Shown here: positions 28,002-37,269 of the stretch, piece after piece
How the letters are laid out: each line of letters opens with the position of its first letter
Position numbering within the stretch: position 1 is the first letter of the stretch
DNA from: Candidatus Nomurabacteria bacterium RIFCSPLOWO2_01_FULL_42_17
GTDB taxonomy: Bacteria; Patescibacteriota; Minisyncoccia; Phycocordibacterales; UBA9973
Reading direction: 5' to 3'
Length of the DNA stretch: 64,000 nt
NCBI GenBank assembly: GCA_001785985.1
Contig: MFVE01000002.1
Coordinates: 28,600-92,599, forward strand
The notes under the pieces: model-generated
Seen by the model: only the letters and a program-made list of their open reading frames with translations
Databases searched by the model: none
Told to the model about the DNA's origin: nothing
Position numbers and translations under genes: made by a program

Positions 28002-30011
28002 ATGAAAAAAACAAGACTACCTTTCAGTTCGCTAAGTAAGGATTCCACGGAACAAAAAACCTCTCTACATAATGCAGGAGAAACTAGAGAAATCAGAGAA
28101 ACCGCAGGAGGCAACCATGCTGCGCCTCCCCGCTCGCAAGAACGGTTCTCAAGAGAGCACAGAGCGCACAGAACAGAAGACAAAAAAAAGCCGATGAAAA
28201 GCTCTACTTATCAGTATCGAAAGAAAAGATACGGGGGGGGAGCTCCGAGCCAATTCAAGGGAGGGCCTAAATCAAGCGCAAGTAATATAAAAATCCCGCC
28301 GGTAGAGCCGGGTATCATTCGCATCATCCCGCTAGGAGGCGTGGAAGAAATCGGCAAAAATATGACAGCCATCGAGATCGGGGATGACATCATCGTCATC
28401 GACGCCGGCATGCATTTTTCCAACGAAGCCACGCCCGGAGTAGACTATGTTATTCCAAATACGACCTATCTCGAAGAACGCAAAGGCAAAATCCGCGCGC
28501 TCATCATCACTCATGGACACTTGGACCACATCGGCGGCGTGCCGCTCGTTCTCTCACGCATCGGAAATCCTCCGGTCTATTCCAGAAATCTTTCTATTCT
28601 GATGATGCGCAAGCGCCAGACGGAATTCCCCCACTTGCCGGCAATGAAAGAAAATATCGTTGAAAAAGATGAAACGATAACCTGCGGAAAAATAAAAGTC
28701 AGGTTCTTTGGGGTTACCCATACCATACCGGACTCCATGGGCATCATCGTAGAGACAGAACATGGATGGATCGTCACTCCCGGAGATTACAAGCTCGACC
28801 AAGTGGATGGAATCGTCTCGAAAGAAGAAGAGAAAGAATATGCCATTTTTGATAAAGCAAAAGTTCTCCTCTTGATGACCGACTCCACCAATATAGAAAA
28901 CGAGGGCTTCTCCCTGCCAGAGATAAAAGTGCACCAAGGACTCGAAAATCTGGTGAGGAAAGTTCCCGGCAGAATGATCATCGCCGCTTTTGCCTCGCAT
29001 ATCACCCGACTCGCCCATGTGGTGAAATTTGCGGAATCACTCGGGAAGAAAATAGTGCTAGATGGACGTTCGATGAAGACCAACATAGATGTAGCAATCG
29101 AAGCCGGACTCTTCACTCCGAAAAAAGATACAATCATACCGATCGAAGAAGCGGACAATTATCCTCCAAATAAAGTGGTGGTGTTGATGACTGGCGCGCA
29201 AGGCGAAGAATTCGCATCGCTAAATCGGGTGGCGAACAAAACTCACACAAAATTCAGACTACATACGGGAGACACCGTCATCCTCTCTGCTTCGATCATT
29301 CCGGGGAATGAAAGAGCGGTAGAAAAAATGAAAGACGGACTGACCAGGCAGGGCGCGCGGATCATCAGCTACCGCACCGCCGGCGAGGATTTCGTCCACG
29401 CCACGGGACACGGCAATCAAGAAGACGTCAAATGGCTGCACCGAAAAACACATCCAAAGTTCTTTATTCCAATTCACGGCAATCACTACCGTCTCGTGCT
29501 ACATAAAGAACTCGCAATGGACCTCGGTATGAGTGAAGAGAATGTCGTCGTCCCAGACAATGGCTCAATTATTGAGATATCCGCTGACGGACAAAAAATA
29601 GTAACTCGCAAAGAGAAAGCGCCTTCGGGCCTGATGATGGTAGACGGCACATCCGTCGGGGATGCGCAAGACGTAGTCATCCGCGACCGGGTGATGCTCG
29701 CGCAAGATGGTATGTTCGTCATCATCGCCTTGCTCGATCAAAAAACTGGCAAATTAAAAAAGTCCCCGGACCTGATCTCGCGCGGATTTGTCTACTTAAA
29801 AGAAAACCAGGAGCTCCTGCGCCAAGTGCGAATAATTATCAAAAAATCAGTGGAAGATGGAGCGGCCAGGATTCCTGTCCGATCTCATTCTGCCCCAAAC
29901 CAAATAGATTTCGACCACATCAAAGCAGACCTGGGAGAAGTAGTTTCAAAATTCTTATATCAAAAAACTGAAAAAAGGCCTCTGGTCATACCAGTGATCC
30001 TAAGCGTCTAG
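28002..30011 (+). CDS. rnj: Ribonuclease J (metallo-beta-lactamase / beta-CASP) with a roughly 105-aa basic N-terminal extension
   Basis: The HGHLDHIGG motif and the beta-CASP and C-terminal domains are present. The conserved core begins at IRIIPLGGVEEIGKN. A G8 tract at 28233-28240 lies in the extension. Confidence 0.9.
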   Translation: MKKTRLPFSSLSKDSTEQKTSLHNAGETREIRETAGGNHAAPPRSQERFSREHRAHRTEDKKKPMKSSTYQYRKKRYGGGAPSQFKGGPKSSASNIKIPPVEPGIIRIIPLGGVEEIGKNMTAIEIGDDIIVIDAGMHFSNEATPGVDYVIPNTTYLEERKGKIRALIITHGHLDHIGGVPLVLSRIGNPPVYSRNLSILMMRKRQTEFPHLPAMKENIVEKDETITCGKIKVRFFGVTHTIPDSMGIIVETEHGWIVTPGDYKLDQVDGIVSKEEEKEYAIFDKAKVLLLMTDSTNIENEGFSLPEIKVHQGLENLVRKVPGRMIIAAFASHITRLAHVVKFAESLGKKIVLDGRSMKTNIDVAIEAGLFTPKKDTIIPIEEADNYPPNKVVVLMTGAQGEEFASLNRVANKTHTKFRLHTGDTVILSASIIPGNERAVEKMKDGLTRQGARIISYRTAGEDFVHATGHGNQEDVKWLHRKTHPKFFIPIHGNHYRLVLHKELAMDLGMSEENVVVPDNGSIIEISADGQKIVTRKEKAPSGLMMVDGTSVGDAQDVVIRDRVMLAQDGMFVIIALLDQKTGKLKKSPDLISRGFVYLKENQELLRQVRIIIKKSVEDGAARIPVRSHSAPNQIDFDHIKADLGEVVSKFLYQKTEKRPLVIPVILSV

Positions 30012-30012
30012 G

Positions 30013-30050
30013 AAGTAGTTGAAGGTTATAAAGTTCATAAAGTTATAAAG
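30013..30050 (+). repeat. Dispersed AAGTT-ATAAAGTT tandem motif, copy a, directly upstream of the MFS start
   Basis: The sequence is aagtagttgaaggttataaagttcataaagttataaag. Confidence 0.7.
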
Positions 30051-30058
30051 AAAATACT

Positions 30059-31210
30059 TTGAATAAAAAAAGAAAAATAATATATTTAGTAGGTTTCATT
30101 TTTTCCCTATCGATCGCGCTGATGGCCTACATAAACTCGAGCTTCATCGCTTCTTTTATCGATGAAAAATCGGTGGGAACAGTCTACACTCTCGGATCCG
30201 TCGTTTCAATATTTGCGCTTCTCGTAGTCCCAAAGATTTTTAGGAAAGTGGGCGGGTATAAGTTTCTACTCTGGGCGATCGCCACAAATGCCCTCGCCAC
30301 AGCGCTTTTTGCCTTTGCCCAAAATGCTTGGAGCGCAATTGTGCTATTTACTATCATCTTCACTCTCAACATCCTGATATTTTTCGCCCTGGATGAACTT
30401 TTAAAAATAATTTCAAAAGATTCTTCAACTGGCAAAACCAGAGGAAGCTATCTGGCCCTCGCTAGCCTGGCTTGGATCATTGCCCAATTACTCCTCGGTA
30501 CAATTCTGGGCGAATCTTCCTTTCAAATGATCTATCTGACCAGTTTTGTGGTAATGCTATTATTTTTTAAAATTGTGCATGCATACCTCCGAGATATACC
30601 AGACCCGGAATATGACAAAACAAATACAAAAAAGTATCTCGGAGAATTTCTAAAAAACAAAAATCTATTTCGCGCGTATGTCTTGGCTCTCTTGCTACAA
30701 TTTTTCTACTGCTGGATGGTGATCTATACGCCGATATACCTTTCTTCCTACTTGGGCTTTTCTTGGAGCCAGATCGGTATAATTTTCGCCATCATGCTCT
30801 TGCCTTTTTCCATCATCCCCTTCCACTTGGGCAGATATTCGGATAAAATCGGCGAAAGAAAAATATTAATGTTCGGATTCGCCGTCGCCTCTGTTGCCAC
30901 TCTATCCCTCTTTTTTATAGGACAGCCGGAGGTATGGATATGGGCAGGACTGTTATTTCTCACCCGAATCGGGGCCGCCAGCATCGAAGTAGTGGGCGAT
31001 GCCTATTTTTTCAAACATATCAGGCCGGAAAATGAAGAATTTGTGGGAGTCTATCGTAGCGCCACTCCAGTCGCTTATATCTTCGGGCCGCTCTTTGCTT
31101 TTCTAGTTTTCATTTTCGTTCCGTCTTTTAATTTTCTCTACCTCGTACTCGGCGCTTTTCTGCTATACGGAATTTATCTCTCCTCCACTATTGCTAAAAG
31201 CGATATTTAA
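30059..31210 (+). CDS. MFS transporter
   Basis: A 383-aa protein with 12 predicted TM helices and a TTG start. Confidence 0.7.
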   Translation: MNKKRKIIYLVGFIFSLSIALMAYINSSFIASFIDEKSVGTVYTLGSVVSIFALLVVPKIFRKVGGYKFLLWAIATNALATALFAFAQNAWSAIVLFTIIFTLNILIFFALDELLKIISKDSSTGKTRGSYLALASLAWIIAQLLLGTILGESSFQMIYLTSFVVMLLFFKIVHAYLRDIPDPEYDKTNTKKYLGEFLKNKNLFRAYVLALLLQFFYCWMVIYTPIYLSSYLGFSWSQIGIIFAIMLLPFSIIPFHLGRYSDKIGERKILMFGFAVASVATLSLFFIGQPEVWIWAGLLFLTRIGAASIEVVGDAYFFKHIRPENEEFVGVYRSATPVAYIFGPLFAFLVFIFVPSFNFLYLVLGAFLLYGIYLSSTIAKSDI

Positions 31211-31225
31211 TTCTTTGAAATTTTT

Positions 31226-31254
31226 TGACATAAGACCCTAGATATGCTATAATA
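31226..31254 (+). promoter_or_regulatory. Canonical sigma-70-type promoter (TTGACA-17 bp-TATAAT) upstream of the Nudix gene
   Basis: The sequence is ttgaca taagaccctagatatgc tataat. A perfect AAGGAGG Shine-Dalgarno sequence lies 8 nt before the ATG at 31347. Confidence 0.6.
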
Positions 31255-31346
31255 AGCAAGTAGGGACTTTGTATTTTTGAAAACAAAAAATGTCGTTGAA
31301 GCAATCGACATACAAAAAACAGCTTCAAAAATGAAAGGAGGCCAAA

Positions 31347-31889
31347 ATGGCCAACAAGAAAAGATCTGTCGGGGTGATACTCGTCAGCTGGACAGAAATC
31401 GGTTTTGTCGCGGTACTTCAGGTACGAGCCAAATGGAATGAGGAGAAGAATGCTCCAGAATCCTGGCCCGGCGCATGCCAGGTCACCGTCCATGGAAAGC
31501 TCGAGGGAGAGGAAGGTTTCCTTGAAGCTCTCATACGAGAAATCAAGGAAGAGTTAGGAAGTGCATCGACCTCGGTGATCAACGCGTTAGTCAATAACGG
31601 GAGATTGACCAGGTTGGTTAACGATGAGACCGAAGATAAACAAAGCCTGACTTACGGGGGTGTGGTCAAAGAGCAGGTAGTCGGAGCGCTCTTGGCAATA
31701 GCAAAAACCCCCACTTGCGGCGGATTCCAGATTATCCGCAGTAAAGATGTAGACAATATTGTCGACATACATACATTCGACAAAGCAAGTGGCGTAATGG
31801 ACGAAAATGTCATCGCAATGTTTCCCGACGAGAAGGAAGCCGTCAGGCTCGCCTTCGAGAAACTCGGCTGTGAAAAGAAGCCAGCGTAA
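31347..31889 (+). CDS. NUDIX hydrolase
   Basis: The Nudix box GKLEGEEGFLEALIREIKEELG is present. The gene is more GC-rich than its flanks. Confidence 0.7.
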   Translation: MANKKRSVGVILVSWTEIGFVAVLQVRAKWNEEKNAPESWPGACQVTVHGKLEGEEGFLEALIREIKEELGSASTSVINALVNNGRLTRLVNDETEDKQSLTYGGVVKEQVVGALLAIAKTPTCGGFQIIRSKDVDNIVDIHTFDKASGVMDENVIAMFPDEKEAVRLAFEKLGCEKKPA

Positions 31890-31961
31890 AATTTTCCCCA
31901 AGTCGCTAGGGTGTAGCGACAAAAACCAAACAACCGCGCTAGTATCACTGCGCGGTTTGTT

Positions 31962-32393
31962 TTATTTTTGGGCGCGGATTAGGTGATTTTTGTATAATTT
32001 TTCCTTATAAGGCTTCAAGCGCGCCAGCTTTATTTCTATGCCCCTGCTTTTCAAATCCTTTTTCAGATTTTTAACATACGCCTTCTGATCATACCCCAGA
32101 GCAATAATATCCGGACTTTCTTTGATGATATGCGGAAGATGATCGCGGGCCCCCGACAAAACCACTTTGTCAACTAGAGGACAATTTCTGACTAGAGCCA
32201 TCCTTTTTTTCTCATTCAAGAATGGCCGCTTCCCTTTTATCTGTTTTACATTTTTATCTCTCGCCACAGAAACAATCAAAAATGGTTTCAAAGGTCTCTT
32301 GACCAATTTTTGCGCCTGCTTGAAAAAATTAAGATGCCCTTGGTGTAATCCATCAAAAGTGCCGAAGACCATTATTTTCTTACTGACTCTCAT
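31962..32393 (-). CDS. Cytidylyltransferase-like nucleotidyltransferase (FAD synthase RibL-like / adenylyltransferase)
   Basis: It has a GTFDGLHQGH (HxGH) motif and is 143 aa. Confidence 0.55.
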   Translation of the reverse strand: MRVSKKIMVFGTFDGLHQGHLNFFKQAQKLVKRPLKPFLIVSVARDKNVKQIKGKRPFLNEKKRMALVRNCPLVDKVVLSGARDHLPHIIKESPDIIALGYDQKAYVKNLKKDLKSRGIEIKLARLKPYKEKLYKNHLIRAQK

Positions 32394-33064
32394 TGAAAAG
32401 AAATACTTTTTATGACCACTGCGGTGATTGGCCGATCAGCTTCTCCGGTCGGCGTATTTACAATTTTTGTTACAACATCCATTCCAGATGTCACCTTCCC
32501 AAAAACGACATGCTTGGTATCTAGAAAATTATTTGCCGCCACGTTGATGAAAAACTGGCTGCCATTTGTATTTGGACCCGAGTTCGCCATCGATATCGTG
32601 CCAACATCATTCCTATTTTGAGTGTTTGTAGAGCCTAATTCATCAGCAAAAGAGTAGCCCGGTCCACCCGTGCCCCAGAGAGCCATCTTAGAGTCGTCTT
32701 TGGTAAGAGGGTCCCCTCCCTGAATCATAAAACCTTTGATCACTCGATGAAACTTGGTCCCATTATAAAACCCCTCCTTGGCCAGCTTGATGAAATTCGC
32801 CGACGTCTTTGGAGTTTGCGATTCAAAAAATTCTATTACGATGTCTCCCATGCTTGTACGTAGTGTAGCGGTTGTCATTTTTTTTGTATCTTCCATGTTA
32901 TTTGTATTTTCTAAATTATCCCCAGTTTTTATTTCAGAAGTGATGCTTAAATTGTTTCCCGCCGTTGTAAATTCATTGTTCAAAGATTCTTTATTCTGCG
33001 TTAAAAAACTAATAAATAAAATACTTGAAACAAGAACAACGCCAATAATTATATATTTTTTCAT
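32390..33064 (-). CDS. Secreted cyclophilin-type peptidyl-prolyl cis-trans isomerase
   Basis: It has a signal peptide, and FHRVIKGFMIQGGDP and WGTGGPGY motifs. Confidence 0.85.
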   Translation of the reverse strand: MKKYIIIGVVLVSSILFISFLTQNKESLNNEFTTAGNNLSITSEIKTGDNLENTNNMEDTKKMTTATLRTSMGDIVIEFFESQTPKTSANFIKLAKEGFYNGTKFHRVIKGFMIQGGDPLTKDDSKMALWGTGGPGYSFADELGSTNTQNRNDVGTISMANSGPNTNGSQFFINVAANNFLDTKHVVFGKVTSGMDVVTKIVNTPTGEADRPITAVVIKSISFQ

Positions 33065-33089
33065 GGCTCTATATTACACAATCAATCAA

Positions 33090-33866
33090 TTAGTCGCAAA
33101 CCACCACCGTCATGTTATAACTTGCTGTTGTATCATGCATTGAAAATGCAGTACTACTTGTCTCTGTTCCAGATCTATCATCAGTTACCCAAGTACCGTC
33201 TCTATTGCCGAAGACAGTGCTTGCTGTGCCCTCACCTTGTGTGCCTACGTATTCGTTATTACCGGCCCAAATTGATGACCATGTACTGTTAGCAAGTTGT
33301 TTATAAAATGAAGGTTCAAAATTTCTTAGTGTGCCAGCGGTGGCGATAGTAGTACCCCATATCGTGCACCCATCATCATCCGCACAAATATTTTGTCCAT
33401 TGACTAACATAGTAACCGCAACATATGAAGGATTACCACTAGTGCTCAGAGGAGCTGTACAAATACGTTCTGCTGTCGTCGCCCCCGTCGCCCATGAGGC
33501 ATTTCCTGATGCATCAGATGTGAGCACTTTATTAGCACCCGCGCCTGTCGTCATCTGGAAAGTAGAAGTCTTTGTCTGTCCAGATACATCGAGCTTGGCC
33601 GCAGGGGCAATAACTCCGATCCCCACATTGCCATTTTCTACGATTAATCCATTCGCCAAAGTTTGACCCGCATCGTTTAATCCCTTCAACCAGAGACTGG
33701 CCTGTTTGGTTTGTCCGATTCCGCCGACGTTGAGAGGAGCAGGTGTGTTTTCATTTGGCGGAGAAGAAGGCGGATTGGTCCAATCTGCCATCACTGAAAT
33801 AGCCGAGGCTCCGATGATCAGACCGAGAGTCAAAGTTCCTAAAGCTGTTAATAAATGTTTTTTCAT
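33090..33866 (-). CDS. Secreted Gly/Thr-rich protein with a tail-fibre-like motif
   Basis: It has a signal peptide. The segment NGNVGIGVIAPAAKLDVSG resembles the repeat found in phage tail-fibre proteins. Confidence 0.35.
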   Translation of the reverse strand: MKKHLLTALGTLTLGLIIGASAISVMADWTNPPSSPPNENTPAPLNVGGIGQTKQASLWLKGLNDAGQTLANGLIVENGNVGIGVIAPAAKLDVSGQTKTSTFQMTTGAGANKVLTSDASGNASWATGATTAERICTAPLSTSGNPSYVAVTMLVNGQNICADDDGCTIWGTTIATAGTLRNFEPSFYKQLANSTWSSIWAGNNEYVGTQGEGTASTVFGNRDGTWVTDDRSGTETSSTAFSMHDTTASYNMTVVVCD

Positions 33867-33910
33867 ATTTTTTTATTTGCTATAGATTAATTTATTTATA
33901 ATGGGAATAC

Positions 33911-34123
33911 TTATGATGTCTTGTTGATAAGCTTCATTCGTTCTTCGTCGGTCATTTTTGGATTGGCTGGAGGAATGTTTGATGTTTTGTTGATGATTTC
34001 AAATCGCTCTTCGTCAGTCAAAGTAGGTGGCGGGGATTTGGAACGAGGAGAATAGAAAAAAAGAAATACGCAGAGGAAAACTACAATTAAAATAAGCAGT
34101 AAAATTTTCGCATTTCTAGTCAT
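33911..34123 (-). CDS. Small membrane-anchored protein with an internal duplicated 17-aa motif
   Basis: The pairs TDEERFEIINKTS and TDEERMKLINKTS form the duplication. Confidence 0.3.
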   Translation of the reverse strand: MTRNAKILLLILIVVFLCVFLFFYSPRSKSPPPTLTDEERFEIINKTSNIPPANPKMTDEERMKLINKTS

Positions 34124-34182
34124 ACCTAGATAAAGTATATAACAAAAGGGAGAGGGTGAAAAATATGGGTGTGGATAACCCG

Positions 34183-34719
34183 TTATGGCATGATTATTCC
34201 TTCGGGGCCCTTGCCTCTGTTGCGTAAAATAAACTCTAGTATTTTTGCTTCATCATAACTGTCCAACTTCTCTAGCCTAGTCCAAGATGCTAGTACAATC
34301 TTTGAATCATTGGCGTCTCTAGGTGACAAGATAATATTGCCACCATTTGCTTTGGTAATTTTTTCTAAATTTTCCTTTGTATCTGAATCAATATCTTTAT
34401 AAGTGATCCATATACCGCCATGTTCTAGATTGTGTATTGCTTGTTCGTCCGCGAGAGGTCTACCATACACTCCCCAATTCGCTGGCAGTACATAATGCCA
34501 GCCCGAAGTCGGAGGATTGGAATTATATGAGGGATGCGATTCGCCATTTTTTATGTGCACTTGCCCTTGGTTTTCAAATTCTTGTCCGATAGATTCTAGG
34601 TTTTGAACATTTTTGCCGACTCTGTAATTGACATATTTAGCATCCTGAATGCTTGTAAGCCAGATAATTAGACCGATCGATACAAACGCGATTATCAAAA
34701 TAATGATAAATTTTTTCAT
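34183..34719 (-). CDS. Secreted DUF3105-like protein
   Basis: It has a signal anchor and a PTSGWHY...HNLEHGGIWITY pattern. Confidence 0.4.
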   Translation of the reverse strand: MKKFIIILIIAFVSIGLIIWLTSIQDAKYVNYRVGKNVQNLESIGQEFENQGQVHIKNGESHPSYNSNPPTSGWHYVLPANWGVYGRPLADEQAIHNLEHGGIWITYKDIDSDTKENLEKITKANGGNIILSPRDANDSKIVLASWTRLEKLDSYDEAKILEFILRNRGKGPEGIIMP

Positions 34720-34736
34720 GTCAAAAATATATCATA

Positions 34737-35126
34737 TTAAAAAAGCTTAGGCAAGAAAATAATCAGTCCGATAATGACAGCCGTAAATACAGAAAGCAAA
34801 ACGGCCGCTGCGGCCACGTCTTTGGTATCCCTGGCGTAAGGGTGATATTCGGGCGAAGTCAAATCTATATCTATTTCGACTGCTGTATTCAGCGCTTCGG
34901 TCACAAAGACAAAGCCAATTGCAAAGATGAGCGCTAGCCATTCATAGAGAGAAACCTTAAAATAGAACCCAAAAACTACCACGAGCAAAGCTGCTATTAT
35001 ATGTATAAACAAATGCCTGGTAGTTTTAGACAAAACGTACAGACCTCGAAAAGCGTTAGCGAATTTTTCGCTGTATCTCACCTCTCGCCAAGCCTTTTTT
35101 TCTTTCTGTGTTTCTTTGGAATTCAT
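34737..35126 (-). CDS. dgkA: Diacylglycerol kinase / undecaprenol kinase (DgkA family)
   Basis: Three TM helices and ANAFRGL....LNTAVE...AKDVAAAAVLLSV motifs are present. Confidence 0.75.
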   Translation of the reverse strand: MNSKETQKEKKAWREVRYSEKFANAFRGLYVLSKTTRHLFIHIIAALLVVVFGFYFKVSLYEWLALIFAIGFVFVTEALNTAVEIDIDLTSPEYHPYARDTKDVAAAAVLLSVFTAVIIGLIIFLPKLF

Positions 35127-35128
35127 TA

Positions 35129-35165
35129 TTTACTTTATAACTTTATGAACTTACGAACTTTCTAC
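35129..35165 (-). repeat. Dispersed AAGTT-ATAAAGTT motif, copy b, between the cupredoxin stop and the dgkA start
   Basis: The reverse complement is gtagaaagttcgtaagttcataaagttataaagtaaa. Confidence 0.7.
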
Positions 35166-35599
35166 TCGACTCGGAGAGTCCCTTTCATGCCGGCCGCTCG
35201 GTGACTGCCAACAGAGCAATAATATTCAAAACTTCCAATCTTATCCGCCGTAAATTCTAAAACTCCGGTATTCGGTGACTGCGCTTGTTGTGTGGCAATC
35301 CCGAATTCATCTATCTTAAAATCATGAAATCCATTTTCATTTTTGAAAATTATTTTTACCCTATCTCCTTTTTGCACTGTCAAAAGAGACGGAGTGAAAG
35401 AAAAATTCTGGCCAACGACGGTAAACTCTCTGACTGCTGGGGTAATTACAGATGCAGTTATAGTCGGAGTGAGAGTTGTATTTATTTGATTGTTCTCCAC
35501 TCCGGCAGGCGCTTCAGCTCTCTTGCCTTTTCCCAAAAAAAACACTGCCCCGGCTACTAAAATGATCAAAATAATTATGATTATGTAATTCTTTTTCAT
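35162..35599 (-). CDS. Secreted cupredoxin (type 1 blue-copper, plastocyanin/azurin-like)
   Basis: A signal peptide is present. The C-terminal YYCSVGSHRAAGM segment supplies the Cys, His and Met copper ligands. Confidence 0.7.
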   Translation of the reverse strand: MKKNYIIIIILIILVAGAVFFLGKGKRAEAPAGVENNQINTTLTPTITASVITPAVREFTVVGQNFSFTPSLLTVQKGDRVKIIFKNENGFHDFKIDEFGIATQQAQSPNTGVLEFTADKIGSFEYYCSVGSHRAAGMKGTLRVE

Positions 35600-35662
35600 G
35601 GTTCTATATTATCACCATGACCCTGAGTTTGTCGAATGGGTCATGGAATTATTGTAGCATAA

Positions 35663-36859
35663 TTACTGATATTGTATATAGATAGGCTGTGGGCGCAATT
35701 GAAGCAGGTCATGCGGAGTCATGAGGGTAGTGCCGGGGGTGAGAAGATCATTTTTATAAAACAATTTAAAGCCGGTAAATTGAACTGGCTCTGGAAAAAT
35801 AAAATTCCGATAAGTACCGATTTTTTTCGCCATCACTCCCCAGCCGTCCATGTGCATGACGATTTGCACTTCGGGCAACGGTTTTATTGCTTGATAATTA
35901 GTCAACATTTTTTGAGTGTAGCGATGAATTACCAGGACTTTCGGCGGAATATTATTTTCTCTAACAATCTGGGCTAAGTAATTGGCCGTAAAATTTATAT
36001 CTGTAGCGTCCAAGGTGCCGACAATTTTCCCCGGCCGAATGCCAGTCTTCATAGAAAATTCTGGATCGACGCCCAAATGCACATTTGGCAATTTTAGGTA
36101 TTTTTGTAAACGCGGAACTTCCGTTTGTAAATTAGAAAAACCAACTTGAATATCTAAAAAAACAATCGCATTCCCGCCTGCATCAGCTATGCCTGAAGCA
36201 TTGCGAGCAGGTATTTTCGCCGCAATCGCTAAAACTTTATCTATTTCCGAGTCTGGCATTCGAAATCTGTATTTGCCGTCCGCCCCAGGACTCCCCTGTG
36301 CGACAACCGCGATATAGTGAAGCGCTGGTACAACTGGAGTATCTGGGTCTGCCGCTTCCCATTTTTTTACTTCCGCGTCTAGCCTCGCGAGCATTTCGGC
36401 TTCGGGATATTGGCCCAGAGCTCCCATCTTGGTGGAATATAAATTGCCATAGTAAGCGATGATGCGCCGAAACGGCAATATCGCCCCCGCATTCGGATAA
36501 ACTGTTTTCACCGGCCAAATGTTGGGCGGAGCAGGCGGAGGCGGGATGGTCACAGTCGTTTCTTCTCCAGTCTTTGGGTCTTTTACAATTTTGGTTGTAG
36601 ACGCTTTGGGTGGCGGATTATTTGCTAAGGCTTCCAGCTTTTTATCATATGCCGCGGTATCGAGTGGCGGAAGAGCAGTAAGTTTCTTTTCTTTTTTATT
36701 CTCTGTTAGTGTATTGGCATTTTGCTCATCTTTTATATAGGAAACACCACCAAAAAACTTTGGAAATACAAAGAACAAAAGTACCAGCAATAAAAGTAGA
36801 ATTGCAAAGAATTGCAAAATATTTTTTTTCATTACAAAGACATCATAACAGAGTTTCAT
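35663..36859 (-). CDS. Secreted hypothetical protein
   Basis: A 398-aa protein with an N-terminal TM anchor and a Pro/Ala-rich linker. No confident domain was found. Confidence 0.35.
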   Translation of the reverse strand: MKLCYDVFVMKKNILQFFAILLLLLVLLFFVFPKFFGGVSYIKDEQNANTLTENKKEKKLTALPPLDTAAYDKKLEALANNPPPKASTTKIVKDPKTGEETTVTIPPPPAPPNIWPVKTVYPNAGAILPFRRIIAYYGNLYSTKMGALGQYPEAEMLARLDAEVKKWEAADPDTPVVPALHYIAVVAQGSPGADGKYRFRMPDSEIDKVLAIAAKIPARNASGIADAGGNAIVFLDIQVGFSNLQTEVPRLQKYLKLPNVHLGVDPEFSMKTGIRPGKIVGTLDATDINFTANYLAQIVRENNIPPKVLVIHRYTQKMLTNYQAIKPLPEVQIVMHMDGWGVMAKKIGTYRNFIFPEPVQFTGFKLFYKNDLLTPGTTLMTPHDLLQLRPQPIYIQYQ

Positions 36860-36947
36860 CTGGATTCACAATTTGATTAAAGAGCTTCTTTGTACTATTG
36901 TACTTATATTGCCGGATCATCTAAAAAATTAGTTGCTGTGCAAAGCT

Positions 36948-37018
36948 GGGAGATCGTCTAACGGTAGGACACGTCCCTCTGGAGGACGTTATCTTGGTTC
37001 GAATCCAAGTCTCCCAGC
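36948..37018 (+). tRNA. tRNA-Gln (anticodon CTG) nested inside a 16-bp extended flanking stem
   Basis: Manual fold: acceptor tgggaga/tctccca, anticodon loop cuCUGga, and a GGTTCGAATCC T arm. The flanks agttgctgtgcaaagc and gctttgcacagcaac pair with each other. Confidence 0.75.
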
Positions 37019-37078
37019 TTTGCACAGCAACAATACTTGAGATAGCAAAACACTCGACTTGTATGCTATACTAACAAC

Positions 37079-37264
37079 ATGAAAAATAGTGACTTAACTA
37101 AGATTTTAAATAGAGATCATGAGAATAAATGGGTGGCCTTGTCCGCAAATAGGGACAAAGTTCTTGGTGCTTCGTCTAGCCTAGTTGAACTTAAAAATAA
37201 AATAAGTAACAAAGATGTTATATACATGAAGGTGCAGCCTCGTGATGTATCATTTGCCTTCTAA
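37079..37264 (+). CDS. Small protein, DUF5678-like (tentative)
   Basis: A 61-aa ORF with a ...NKWVALSANRDKVLGASSSLVELKNKI..VIYMKV pattern. A TATACT -10 box lies 7 nt upstream, suggesting a leaderless transcript. Confidence 0.3.
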   Translation: MKNSDLTKILNRDHENKWVALSANRDKVLGASSSLVELKNKISNKDVIYMKVQPRDVSFAF

Positions 37265-37269
37265 ACAAA

